The position numbers were made by a program, and so were the translations under genes. From NCBI GenBank assembly GCA_000146045.2, contig BK006944.2:1-64000 (forward strand): 64,000 nt of DNA, given 5' to 3'. Under the pieces are notes generated by a model. It saw only the letters and a program-made list of their open reading frames with translations. It was not told where the DNA came from and did no database searches. This DNA comes from TPA_inf: Saccharomyces (taxonomy: Eukaryota). The first letter of the stretch is position 1, and the number at the start of each line of letters is the position of its first letter. Of this stretch, positions 42,423-53,000 are shown in pieces.

Positions 42423-45400
42423 TTAACTGCTTTGGTTGGAAACAATTTGGAATAATTCCCCGCGATTATTATATAAAGTGTCGAAGTTACCTCGCTCAAC
42501 CACTTTACCATCTTTAAGAACTGCAATCGAGTTACAAGACCTCATCATTTGTTCACTATGCGTTATAACCATTGTTAGTAGAGCAGGTGGACCTTTTTTG
42601 ACGATCTCATTGATGATAGAGGAGCTGACAGAATCCAAGGCTGAAGTACACTCATCTAAAATCAGAATTTTTGATTTTCTCAGAAGTGCTCTGGCTATGC
42701 AAAGCCTTTGCGCTTGTCCACCTGACAGTAAAGTTGTATCAATACGTGTATCCAAGCCCTGAGGTGATGAAATTACAAAGTCATGGATTCCTACGTATTT
42801 TAATGCATCATACATTTCAATTTCAAGTATTTCATCTTGTAAACCATAAGTTAGGTTATCTCTGATGGTTCCATTGAATAATAAAGGTTTTTGCTCAACC
42901 ACTGAAATTTCTTTTCTTAAACTTGTCAAATTCCAGTCATTTACGTCCGTACCGTCTATTTTAATTTTGCCTACTTCACAATTATAAAGTTTTGTTAATA
43001 AAAGCACAAGTGTAGACTTTCCTGTGCCTGATTCACCAATGATACCTAACGTCTGTCCGCAAAACATGTCAAAATTCATGTTTTTGTAAACAAAGGCGGT
43101 AGGTGCAGATGGATAGGCAAATGTCAAATTTTGAATTGAAACGATTGGTTTTTTTTCTTTGCCATGGTAGGTGTGACCAGCTATTCCCACTGTTCTAGCA
43201 TTATTGTTTTCAACCTCTAGGGTATTATGCTTTTCATCAAGAATCCTATAGATCCAACTGGCAGCACGTTGGCCTCTACTTATATCGGGTATCTGACTTA
43301 CTAGGCTAGTGCATGACATAATAGTGAATAATAACAAAGTGAAAGTCGTAAACATTTCCTTTGAGGTGTACTCGTGAATCATAACCAGCTTTAGGCCATA
43401 GTAGTAAATAATAGCTTGGATACACATGACAATCATGTTTGTCATAGATATACCAAATCCTGTGGCAATGGCGCGTTTGGAGGCAATTTGTTGCATTTTT
43501 ATCTTCAAGTCATGGTAGGTCAATTGAAAATGAAATTCAGCTTGTAAGCACTTAATGGTTTTAATGTTAGTGACAATCTGGTACAGGCAGTTTTCTAACT
43601 GAGCAACAGATGTCTTATAATCTGTTTCGCATTTTTGTAAAATGCCTCCATATATTGCTGAAAATATAATTATGAGTGGAAACATCGAAATACAAACCAA
43701 ACTTAACTTCCAGCCCGATACTAACGCCCAAATTAGTCCAATCGTTGATACGGTAACGAAACTAGTCATTGCACTCAAAAATTCAGAGACCAAAGACCTC
43801 AAATCTCGCAAATCATTCAAGACTAGAGCAGAAATTTCAGAAGCCTTGTTGTTTTCACCAGAAAACCAGTCCATATTCTTTCTCGTCAGTTTTTCCATAA
43901 CTTCATTTCTAAGATCCATAACCCAGTATTCACTGCAGCAATCTAATAGGAATCCTTTAGCAAAATTGAAAATACCATCTGCCGCAGCCACACCAAGAAC
44001 AAGAAGCGACCATTTCGCCAAATAATGTGAAGAGCCAGTTTTTCCATCCGTGGATGGGACAATTCCTTCTAGTAAGAAACTGAATGTGTATGAAAAGACG
44101 GGATTTGTGGCGCCTGCGATAAGAGAACATAGCAGTCCCAAGATTAGAATTTTTTTGTATCTTATGCTTTTAATCATTCTTTTGATAATCTGAATAATGC
44201 TCAGAAGTTGTGGCCCTGTTGAACTTTCGGTGTTCTTTTGTTGTTTTAGTGCATACCCAATATTTTCCTCTTCAACTTTAACCCTTCTTGTTCTAACGTT
44301 CGATCTTTTTTGATAGATTGCTTCGTAAAAGGACAACTGATCTGTCTCATCATATCCCAGATTACTTAAGCATGATCCAAGTTTTGGTGTTTCCAATTGA
44401 GAGTTAAAACTTTCCACAGTGTGTATAGATTTTTCTTCAGTCTCTGTATCTACAATAGTTTTCGCATCAGAGTAGTCATTCTGTAGGTGATACCATGTGC
44501 TAAATGTAGTGGTCGGATCGGCTAGAAGTTCAGACTGGGTGCCGCTTTCAACAACTTCACCTTCCTTCATTAAATATAAATAGTCATCAGATTCAATTTG
44601 GCTCAACTCATGCGTCAATATGATTGTAGTCTTTCCTTTCCTCCAATGCCTAATTGCCTTCATCAACAGGTTGCGATGAACAATATCTAGAGCCGATACA
44701 GCTTCGTCTAAGAATAATATTGGAGTATCTCTGATGAATGCACGTGCTATAGCAACTCTTTGTTGTTGCCCGCCACTTAGTGTGACACCCCCAGTCCCAA
44801 TTAATGTTTCCAGTCCATCGGGAAGGTCTAGAATAAATCTATCCAGAAGAGCCATTTGACAGGCATCTTTGATTAAATGTCTATTTTCATTGGTGCTGCA
44901 ATCGGCATTTCTTACCGAATCTGTTGAACCTAAAAGAATATTTTTTCTAAGAGTATCATTAAATAGGGTACAACGCTGTTCTACGACGGTGATATTTTCA
45001 ATTAGCAATTTTTGGTCGATTGTTTGGATATTGTGGCCATTGATAGATATCGATCCATTATAGCCATCGTAGAACCTTAATAATAAGTTGGATAATGTAG
45101 ATTTACCTGAGCCTGATTTTCCTACTATGAAAGTAAATTGTCCTGCAGAGAAATTTAAACTAACGTTCTTTAAAACTGCTTCCGAAGGTCTGCTTGGATA
45201 AGAAAACGAAACATTAGCAAATGTTAGATCACTGGTGGCATAATCTAGTGGAAATTGGTGGGCTACAGTTTTATTTAAAGGATTTCGCTTGGATCCATCT
45301 TTTAATAGAGTCATGATTTTTTCCATAGCCACTCCGCCTTTTTGAAGAACAACTATTTGGTGTAATGTATTATTTAAAGTCGAGCCCAGCATAATGCATG

Positions 45401-46295
45401 AATGGAAGCAAGTGATTACATCGTTAATGTTCAGCTTGCCCTTTTTGATCATTGCGGAACCAAACCAGAATCCCTGTACAAACATAGTCAACGTCAAAAA
45501 TCTCAAGATCCCAGCGTTTGCAGCAACAAAAAAGCAACTCTTGATGAAGAAAGTGTTACAATTTAGTATGATTTCCTTGAATTTTTTCCTTTCTAGACGT
45601 TGTGTACAATATAATCTCACTAATTGAGCGGCATTCATCGACCATGTAAGTAATTGGGCTGCTTTACTCGTTTCAGAATTCTCCTTCTCTGAATATACAT
45701 GAATCATTCTGGAAAACACCACTGCAAAAAATGTGATTATTGGAGAGCTGCAAAGAATAATTAAAGTTAATGACCAAGAATAGTAGAATGACGTCCCCAG
45801 AAGCGCACATATTGCAACTAAATTCTGGAAAGTTATGGCTGATGCCTCTGCGGAGCTTGATCTTAGCTCTTCCACACATCTGTTGATTTGAGTAAAATCT
45901 CCTAACAATTTTTCATTATTGTCGTACCATTCCATTGGCTTTTCCTCCAAATATGCCTCCAATATCTGTGACCGTATTCTAAAGCCTTGTCTCTCGCCGA
46001 TGTGCATCCAACTTGTTAGAGAAAGCCACATTACTGGCACAGAAGCCGCACCAAGTGCCATTACTGCCATTGACCTCTGTACTAGTTGGGAATACAAACC
46101 TTGATGTGACCCATTAGCCACGAAAACTGATAGTAGATCGAACACTCTGCCCGTCAGGATAGAAGTAATTGCCGGCACTAGGCCTGTTGCCACGGTACCT
46201 ATTATCATTATCATTAACAGCCTGTAGTCATTCCGTATGTTCACGTACCTGAAAATGTGATAGTGTTTTGTAGTCTTAAAACTTAAAAAGTTCAT
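42423..46295 (-). CDS. STE6: a-factor pheromone exporter, full-size ABC transporter (TMD-NBD)2
   Basis: About 1290 aa from the ATG at 46295 (MNFLSFKTTKHY...). It has two Walker A motifs (GKSGSGKST and GESGTGKST) and two ABC signatures (LSGGQQQR and LSGGQAQR). The ORF stays open a further 24 codons to an ATG at 46367. Confidence 0.9.
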   Translation of the reverse strand: MNFLSFKTTKHYHIFRYVNIRNDYRLLMIMIIGTVATGLVPAITSILTGRVFDLLSVFVANGSHQGLYSQLVQRSMAVMALGAASVPVMWLSLTSWMHIGERQGFRIRSQILEAYLEEKPMEWYDNNEKLLGDFTQINRCVEELRSSSAEASAITFQNLVAICALLGTSFYYSWSLTLIILCSSPIITFFAVVFSRMIHVYSEKENSETSKAAQLLTWSMNAAQLVRLYCTQRLERKKFKEIILNCNTFFIKSCFFVAANAGILRFLTLTMFVQGFWFGSAMIKKGKLNINDVITCFHSCIMLGSTLNNTLHQIVVLQKGGVAMEKIMTLLKDGSKRNPLNKTVAHQFPLDYATSDLTFANVSFSYPSRPSEAVLKNVSLNFSAGQFTFIVGKSGSGKSTLSNLLLRFYDGYNGSISINGHNIQTIDQKLLIENITVVEQRCTLFNDTLRKNILLGSTDSVRNADCSTNENRHLIKDACQMALLDRFILDLPDGLETLIGTGGVTLSGGQQQRVAIARAFIRDTPILFLDEAVSALDIVHRNLLMKAIRHWRKGKTTIILTHELSQIESDDYLYLMKEGEVVESGTQSELLADPTTTFSTWYHLQNDYSDAKTIVDTETEEKSIHTVESFNSQLETPKLGSCLSNLGYDETDQLSFYEAIYQKRSNVRTRRVKVEEENIGYALKQQKNTESSTGPQLLSIIQIIKRMIKSIRYKKILILGLLCSLIAGATNPVFSYTFSFLLEGIVPSTDGKTGSSHYLAKWSLLVLGVAAADGIFNFAKGFLLDCCSEYWVMDLRNEVMEKLTRKNMDWFSGENNKASEISALVLNDLRDLRSLVSEFLSAMTSFVTVSTIGLIWALVSGWKLSLVCISMFPLIIIFSAIYGGILQKCETDYKTSVAQLENCLYQIVTNIKTIKCLQAEFHFQLTYHDLKIKMQQIASKRAIATGFGISMTNMIVMCIQAIIYYYGLKLVMIHEYTSKEMFTTFTLLLFTIMSCTSLVSQIPDISRGQRAASWIYRILDEKHNTLEVENNNARTVGIAGHTYHGKEKKPIVSIQNLTFAYPSAPTAFVYKNMNFDMFCGQTLGIIGESGTGKSTLVLLLTKLYNCEVGKIKIDGTDVNDWNLTSLRKEISVVEQKPLLFNGTIRDNLTYGLQDEILEIEMYDALKYVGIHDFVISSPQGLDTRIDTTLLSGGQAQRLCIARALLRKSKILILDECTSALDSVSSSIINEIVKKGPPALLTMVITHSEQMMRSCNSIAVLKDGKVVERGNFDTLYNNRGELFQIVSNQSS

Positions 46296-46476
46296 GACGT
46301 AGCTTGTTCTTTGTTTCCTAGTGGAATTTTCAGCGGCACTTGAAAGCTCTCTGTGTGAACGTAACAACGGGAGATAGTTCAGCCATATCCAGGTTTATAA
46401 GCTCTGGTATTTAAATGATGAACGGCAATAATGCAACAGTTTTCATATCTGAAACAATTGTATATGTGCGAAGCAG

Positions 46477-46507
46477 CGTGTAAATTTCCCTATTAGGTAA
46501 TTACATG
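46477..46507 (-). promoter_or_regulatory. alpha2-Mcm1 operator (a-specific gene operator) of STE6
   Basis: The minus strand reads CATGTAATTACCTAATAGGGAAATTTACACG. This is a Mcm1 P-box CC(A/T)6GG (CCTAATAGGG) flanked by the alpha2 half-sites TGTAATTAC and AAATTTACA. It lies about 180-210 bp upstream of the STE6 ATG. Confidence 0.9.
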
Positions 46508-46734
46508 GCAAAAAAAATAAGAAACTATTTTCTTAAAGTACCTTTACCCTTTGTGGAAAACAATAAATTGTATAGTGGCAGAATAGAGAAAAGAAAAAGG
46601 AAAGGAACATATTTGTCAGTGCAAGGACCATCATTGTTTGAAAAAAGAGAGGATATTACTAGTAGGTAATAACAGCTATGTCGCGTTATATATATTATAT
46701 ATAAAAATTAAAAAATAGAAAATAAAATTTCAAA

Positions 46735-46806
46735 TGCCCTCTGTGGGAATTGAACCCACGATCCCCGCATTACGAGTGCGATGCCTTACCACTTGGCCAA
46801 AAGGGC
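46735..46806 (-). tRNA. tRNA-Thr (anticodon CGU), 72 nt, intronless
   Basis: The minus strand reads GCCCTTTTGGCCAAGTGGTAAGGCATCGCACTCGTAATGCGGGGATCGTGGGTTCAATTCCCACAGAGGGCA. The anticodon stem is TCGCA/TGCGG and the loop CTCGTAA gives anticodon CGT. The T-loop is GGTTCAATTCC with a 7-bp acceptor stem. No 3' CCA is encoded. It is probably the single-copy tT(CGU)K (TRT2). Confidence 0.9.
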
Positions 46807-47156
46807 TGAGTAATTTTTATACCTGCTAAATTTGTGGCTCCGCTATACTTTACAGATTTATCTATTTTGAAGATGATACATTTAGCAAAAATGACCTTAA
46901 AAATGAAGCAGGTGCCATTTGCCTATAGCTTGGAAAAGTAGTAATGGTTATTCAAAAAGTTAGCAGCGAGATCTTTTTTCTATCGCGCGTTAAAACGTTT
47001 GAACAGATATATATTATTCAGCCACAACTATCTATATATAATATTTCTTCGATTTTTCGTTTTCTCAAGTTTCGTCTTATTGATTGATCAGAAGTTTACT
47101 GCGCTTTTGGGTAAAGAAGCATTAAACAAAGGAGAGAGAAATATTGCAAGGAAAAA

Positions 47157-47972
47157 ATGGTGAGCTATGGAAGTCATAGTAGTGAGGTTTCGAAAGTTCT
47201 TAAAACGCCGAAGTTTGTGCTTAGGTATGGAAATGTATCCAGCAAACAACGTTTTGCCCTAAAGCGGAAGATAAATTACAAACTACGTGAAAGCAAATAT
47301 CAAGAATACTTGAATGAATACAACACCTTCGTGCTTTACGACTGGGAAAACAGTGGCGCTGGTAGTCTTGTCGATTCTTCCTACAATCTCCCCTCTTTAT
47401 GGAAGGAATTCATAACAGAGGGCATATCTAAAGGAGCAATAAACGACAAACTACCGACAGTCTTTATGAAGAGGAAGTTGACAAACTCAGCGTTGGGTCA
47501 CTGTTTGGGACTTGATTTCCTGACTGATCCGAGCGAGTCAGAACATGAATACAGGTGCATGTTTCAGACAGTTCAGGACATCCCATCTCTCTCGCAACTG
47601 ATCTTATTCAACAGCATGCCAAACGTTCCAGTAAGATTGAAATTGCATACCATTGGTATAAATATAAATTTCGGCTGCAAACGTTCCCTGATAAGCAACG
47701 GTGGTGATCAAGACACTGAAATGAGCGAAGCAGTCTCTTATATCCAGCCTTTATTGGAAGAATCCTCGAGAATGTACCGCAATTTAAACTACTGGAAGCT
47801 GTTAAAAATAGCACGAAATAACAAGAAGGATGAACCGTTGGATCAGAGCACGCGTATCAAGTCGCAAGTTAAGCTTTTACTGAGTCAATTGGCGACGAAC
47901 CGAATTACCTCACCTTCCGTCACGGATCATGGGGGTCACAACTGGCTCATATTCACCAGAAGACGGTTGTAA
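47157..47972 (+). CDS. CBT1: Mitochondrial cytochrome b mRNA processing/stability factor
   Basis: The 271-aa ORF is in the position of CBT1 in chromosome XI order. It has a basic N-terminus consistent with mitochondrial targeting. The assignment is positional, and no diagnostic motif was recognised. Confidence 0.65.
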   Translation: MVSYGSHSSEVSKVLKTPKFVLRYGNVSSKQRFALKRKINYKLRESKYQEYLNEYNTFVLYDWENSGAGSLVDSSYNLPSLWKEFITEGISKGAINDKLPTVFMKRKLTNSALGHCLGLDFLTDPSESEHEYRCMFQTVQDIPSLSQLILFNSMPNVPVRLKLHTIGININFGCKRSLISNGGDQDTEMSEAVSYIQPLLEESSRMYRNLNYWKLLKIARNNKKDEPLDQSTRIKSQVKLLLSQLATNRITSPSVTDHGGHNWLIFTRRRL

Positions 47973-48193
47973 ACGATAAATATGCCATAAAGATCTGCGA
48001 ACTGTACATATCCATATATAATGCGTATTATTTGGTGACTATAGCACTGGCTTCCGCCATCTCACTAAGAACGAAGAGGTATAATAAAGCATTGTGATGT
48101 TAAAGAATGACGATTAACCAGCATTTACAACAACTTCTCTTCAACAGAATAGACAAAACAACAAGCAGTATTCAACAAGCTAGGGCGCCGCAG

Positions 48194-48955
48194 ATGTTAT
48201 TAGATGACCAGCTGAAGTATTGGGTCCTGTTACCTATTTCGATTGTCATGGTTTTGACGGGTGTACTCAAACAGTACATCATGACACTTATAACGGGAAG
48301 CAGTGCAAATGAAGCACAACCAAGGGTAAAGTTAACTGAATGGCAATATCTACAATGGGCACAATTATTGATTGGAAACGGTGGGAACCTGTCTTCCGAT
48401 GCATTTGCTGCGAAGAAGGAATTTCTAGTTAAGGATCTCACTGAGGAAAGGCACCTAGCCAAGGCCAAGCAGCAGGATGGTTCGCAAGCTGGAGAGGTTC
48501 CTAATCCCTTCAACGATCCAAGTATGTCTAATGCTATGATGAACATGGCTAAGGGTAATATGGCCAGTTTCATCCCTCAAACTATTATTATGTGGTGGGT
48601 GAACCATTTTTTTGCTGGATTTATTCTTATGCAACTACCTTTCCCTTTGACTGCCAAATTCAAAGAGATGTTACAGACCGGTATTATCTGTCAGGACCTG
48701 GATGTGAGATGGGTTAGCTCCATTTCATGGTATTTTATTTCTGTGCTCGGGCTAAATCCAGTCTACAACCTGATTGGGTTAAACGATCAGGACATGGGTA
48801 TTCAGGCCGGGATAGGTGGCCCTCAGGGCCCCCAAGGCCCTCCACAATCACAGGTTGACAAAGCAATGCATGCGATGGCTAACGATTTGACTATCATTCA
48901 GCATGAGACTTGTCTTGATAACGTTGAGCAAAGGGTTTTGAAACAGTATATGTAA
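48194..48955 (+). CDS. EMC3: ER membrane protein complex subunit 3 (EMC3/TMCO1-like, Oxa1 superfamily)
   Basis: About 253 aa from MLLDDQLKYWVLLPISIVMVL.... It has 3 TM helices and a coiled-coil loop, giving an Oxa1-like fold. The ORF is open 29 codons upstream to an ATG at 48107. Confidence 0.8.
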   Translation: MLLDDQLKYWVLLPISIVMVLTGVLKQYIMTLITGSSANEAQPRVKLTEWQYLQWAQLLIGNGGNLSSDAFAAKKEFLVKDLTEERHLAKAKQQDGSQAGEVPNPFNDPSMSNAMMNMAKGNMASFIPQTIIMWWVNHFFAGFILMQLPFPLTAKFKEMLQTGIICQDLDVRWVSSISWYFISVLGLNPVYNLIGLNDQDMGIQAGIGGPQGPQGPPQSQVDKAMHAMANDLTIIQHETCLDNVEQRVLKQYM

Positions 48956-49005
48956 GTTCGTGGCTATATATGCACTTGTATAGAAAACAGATATACTTCT
49001 CGGTT

Positions 49006-49809
49006 TCAATTGTATAAATCTACAAATTTATCTCTTGCATCCGCCATTCCGTATGCACCTTGCCATGATATAGGCCTGACAAACTTTACAATTGGTGGCG
49101 CGTTTTTGATAACTTTTTGAGAGATTATCCATTGTAAGAACTGTTGAGAATCTAATGAGTTGTCCCCCTCATTGGCCAAACAACTACAGTACTTAATGCT
49201 GCGGAGGGCTTTAGGCCTCTGCGACGCATTCAGTATTTGGAAAAGTATTTTGAAGATCGGCTGATCAACGGATATCTTGTCTTGGAAACTGGTAGGAGTA
49301 AAATGTAACCAGTTATTGACCATCGACTCTTGATCGTTTAGATGGAGGTTCGATAAAAGCTCAGCTTCATCGTCGAAATAAAACTCTCCGAGCGAATATA
49401 CCTCCTGTGGACGTACAATCACACCATTTTCATCCTCCATTGCATATAGAGAGTCCCAAATGCATATTTCCGATATATTATACTTGCTCAAGAACGGCAA
49501 GATGATCTCTACGATGAAATTATTCAGATAGTTAACGGACACGAGTGGTGTTCGTTGCTGTATGGCAAAAAGTCCTCGCTTCTTATTGTAGAAAACTTCC
49601 AAAGCGCTGCTATACTTCATATCAGCGTCTTTATATAGCGAGTCGCTACCATCCTCTGGTCTGTCTAATGGTCCCACAAATTCCACTAGGTATTTCGAAT
49701 CTAACGCCTCCAAATATTCCCATTCATTTGCTTGTGAATTCAGCAGCCAGTCAATACTCAATTGTGGTATATTCCCTACGCTTACTAATGGCAACACCAG
49801 GCAGCTCAT
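49006..49809 (-). CDS. ADD66: Proteasome assembly chaperone 2 (PAC2/Pba2 family)
   Basis: 267 aa. The assignment rests on length, position and PAC2-like character. Confidence 0.65.
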   Translation of the reverse strand: MSCLVLPLVSVGNIPQLSIDWLLNSQANEWEYLEALDSKYLVEFVGPLDRPEDGSDSLYKDADMKYSSALEVFYNKKRGLFAIQQRTPLVSVNYLNNFIVEIILPFLSKYNISEICIWDSLYAMEDENGVIVRPQEVYSLGEFYFDDEAELLSNLHLNDQESMVNNWLHFTPTSFQDKISVDQPIFKILFQILNASQRPKALRSIKYCSCLANEGDNSLDSQQFLQWIISQKVIKNAPPIVKFVRPISWQGAYGMADARDKFVDLYN

Positions 49810-50050
49810 CGTATGTTCCTTTGGGTTTTGTGCTATTCTTTCCTGAAGTTTTAATTTAATTTCCTTATTTTAGTGTAGGTGGCTTTTTTTTTAGCAGGTT
49901 ACTCATTGTGGGATCATTTTCAGGCTCAAAGCGAAAAATTGAAAAATTAGCTAACAAAAAAAAACTAAAATTTTTTCAAATTCCATCAGTTAGTTTGAGA
50001 AGTTGTCGGTAAGCAACCTATAGAACAAGTGTTTCCAGTCAAATCGAGGA

Positions 50051-53000
50051 ATGCTAGAACGGATTCAGCAGCTGGTAAATGCAGTGAACGATCCACGCTC
50101 AGATGTGGCCACTAAGAGACAAGCCATCGAGCTGCTAAATGGGATTAAATCATCAGAGAATGCATTGGAAATCTTTATATCATTGGTCATCAACGAGAAT
50201 TCAAATGATTTGTTGAAGTTTTACGGACTGTCCACATTGATAGAATTGATGACGGAGGGCGTGAACGCTAATCCAAATGGTTTGAATCTGGTAAAGTTTG
50301 AAATAACCAAATGGCTCAAATTTCAAGTTTTGGGCAATAAGCAAACTAAGCTGCCTGACTTTTTAATGAATAAGATTTCTGAAGTGCTGACTACTTTGTT
50401 TATGTTAATGTACAGTGATTGTAATGGAAACCAGTGGAACAGTTTTTTTGACGATCTGATGAGTCTATTCCAAGTGGATTCGGCTATTTCCAATACGAGC
50501 CCGTCTACCGATGGTAACATTCTTCTAGGTCTTGAATTTTTTAACAAGCTCTGTTTGATGATTAATTCGGAGATTGCTGACCAAAGCTTTATTAGGTCTA
50601 AGGAATCTCAGTTAAAAAATAACAATATAAAAGATTGGATGCGTGATAACGATATCATGAAATTGAGTAATGTGTGGTTTCAGTGTTTAAAACTGGACGA
50701 ACAAATTGTGTCACAATGTCCCGGATTGATCAATTCTACCTTGGATTGTATTGGGAGTTTTATCTCATGGATCGATATTAATTTAATTATTGATGCAAAT
50801 AATTATTATCTGCAATTAATCTATAAATTTTTAAATCTTAAAGAAACCAAAATTTCATGTTATAATTGCATACTGGCCATCATCTCTAAAAAAATGAAAC
50901 CAATGGACAAACTGGCTTTTCTGAATATGATCAATTTGACCAACGAATTGACTTACTATCATCAAGCCATATCAATGAATCCCCAAATTATTACATTTGA
51001 TAATTTAGAAGTCTGGGAAAGTTTGACCAAGTTGATTACTTCCTTTGGCATAGAATTTACTATCATTATTGAACAAGTCAACGATGATCAAAAATTGGAT
51101 ACATTATACAAACAATCGGTCATTTCAAATGTTGATTCCATATTATTGGAGAAAATAATACCAATACTTTTGGAATTTATGAATAATGAGTTTGATTCAA
51201 TAACAGCAAAAACCTTCCCATTCTGGTCAAATTATCTGGCTTTCTTGAAAAAATATAAAGCATCTTCACCAAATTTTGTACCATTGCATAAGGATTTTCT
51301 AGATAATTTCCAACAAATTTGCTTTAAAAGAATGAAGTTTTCAGACGACGAGGTCACACAGGATGATTTTGAGGAATTCAACGAAACCGTAAGATTTAAA
51401 TTAAAAAATTTCCAGGAGATCATCGTGGTAATTGACCCAAGTCTGTTTTTAAATAACATTTCTCAAGAAATTTCAGCAAACCTAATGAATTGTAAAAACG
51501 AAAGCTGGCAAATTTTCGAGCTAACTATTTATCAAATCTTCAATTTAAGTGAATGTACCAAGAACAACTATTTCGGTTTGAACAAGAATGAAATTATGAC
51601 CTCACAACCTTCGCTAACTTTAGTACGATTTTTAAATGAATTGTTAATGATGAAGGATTTCTTATTAGCCATTGATAACGAACAAATCCAAATACTATTC
51701 ATGGAATTAATTGTGAAAAACTACAATTTCATATTTTCAACTAGTGCTAACACAGCAAATGCTACTGATGATGATGAAAAGTATCTATTAATATTGAATA
51801 TTTTCATGAGCTCATTTGCTATGTTCAATAAAAGAGAAAACGTCAGACTAAGGTCATGGTATTTATTTACAAGATTCTTGAAGTTGACAAGAATCAATTT
51901 GAAAAAAATCCTCTTTGCCAACAAAAATTTGGTTAATGAAATAACTAATAAGATAAGTCCTCTACTTCACATAAAAGTAACATCTATCAACGCCCAAGGG
52001 ACGGATGACAATGATACAATTTTTGATAATCAGTTGTACATATTTGAGGGTATTGGGTTTATAATCACATTGAATAATAGCAGTCAGGAGCTCACTGCTG
52101 CCACTGCCAACACCCCCATCGATTACGATATATTGGACCAGATATTAACTCCGCTATTTACACAATTAGAGGGTTGTATTACCCAAGGAGCTTCGCCAGT
52201 TGTGATTCTGGAATGTCATCACATTCTTATGGCTATTGGTACTTTAGCGAGAGGTTTGCACATTGGTCTCGTCCCTGAGAATCAGGTCAACAATATGGTT
52301 GTCAACAAAAAATTAATCAATGACTCTTTAATCCATAAATTCTCTAATATAGCTGAGGTTATATTAGTAACATTCTCTTTTTTCAATAAGTTCGAAAATA
52401 TCCGCGATGCATCTAGGTTTACCTTTGCCAGGTTAATTCCAATTTTAAGTAATAAAATTTTACCATTTATCAATAAATTGATTGAATTGATCTTATCGTC
52501 CACAGATTTAAAATCATGGGAGATGATTGATTTTCTTGGGTTCTTATCTCAACTGATTCATATGTTTCACACGGACACAGACTGTTATCAGCTGTTTAAC
52601 CAGTTACTTACTCCGCTTATCAACAAAGTCCATTCTATTATCGAAGAGATTGATGAACAACACGACCAACAATCAAGCAGTAACAAACCTATAGACACTG
52701 CAGTCACAGCCACCTCCGTAAATAAGAATATCGTGGTCACCGATTCGTATAGAGATAAAATACTATTGAAAAAGGCTTACTGCACATTTTTACAGTCATT
52801 TACTAATAATTCCGTCACTTCGATACTATTGTCAGATATAAACAGAGCAATCCTGCCGGTCATATTAAACGATTTGGTCACCTATACGCCGCAAGAGATC
52901 CAGGAAACATCAATGATGAAAGTGTCACTCAATGTATTGTGCAATTTTATCAAATGTTTTGGGAATGGGACCTGCTTGGATAATGACGACATCAATAAAG

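Noticed and set aside
42281-42526. 81-aa ORF with an N11 poly-asparagine run
   Set aside because: It is an artefact of the (TTA)n microsatellite read in the AAT frame, and it overlaps the STE6 3' end.
46300-47200. Searched for a Ty LTR (delta/sigma/tau) or Ty insertion flanking the tRNA
   Set aside because: No TGTTGGAATA-type or sigma-type termini or LTR-like blocks were recognised by eye. This is reported as a negative observation only.
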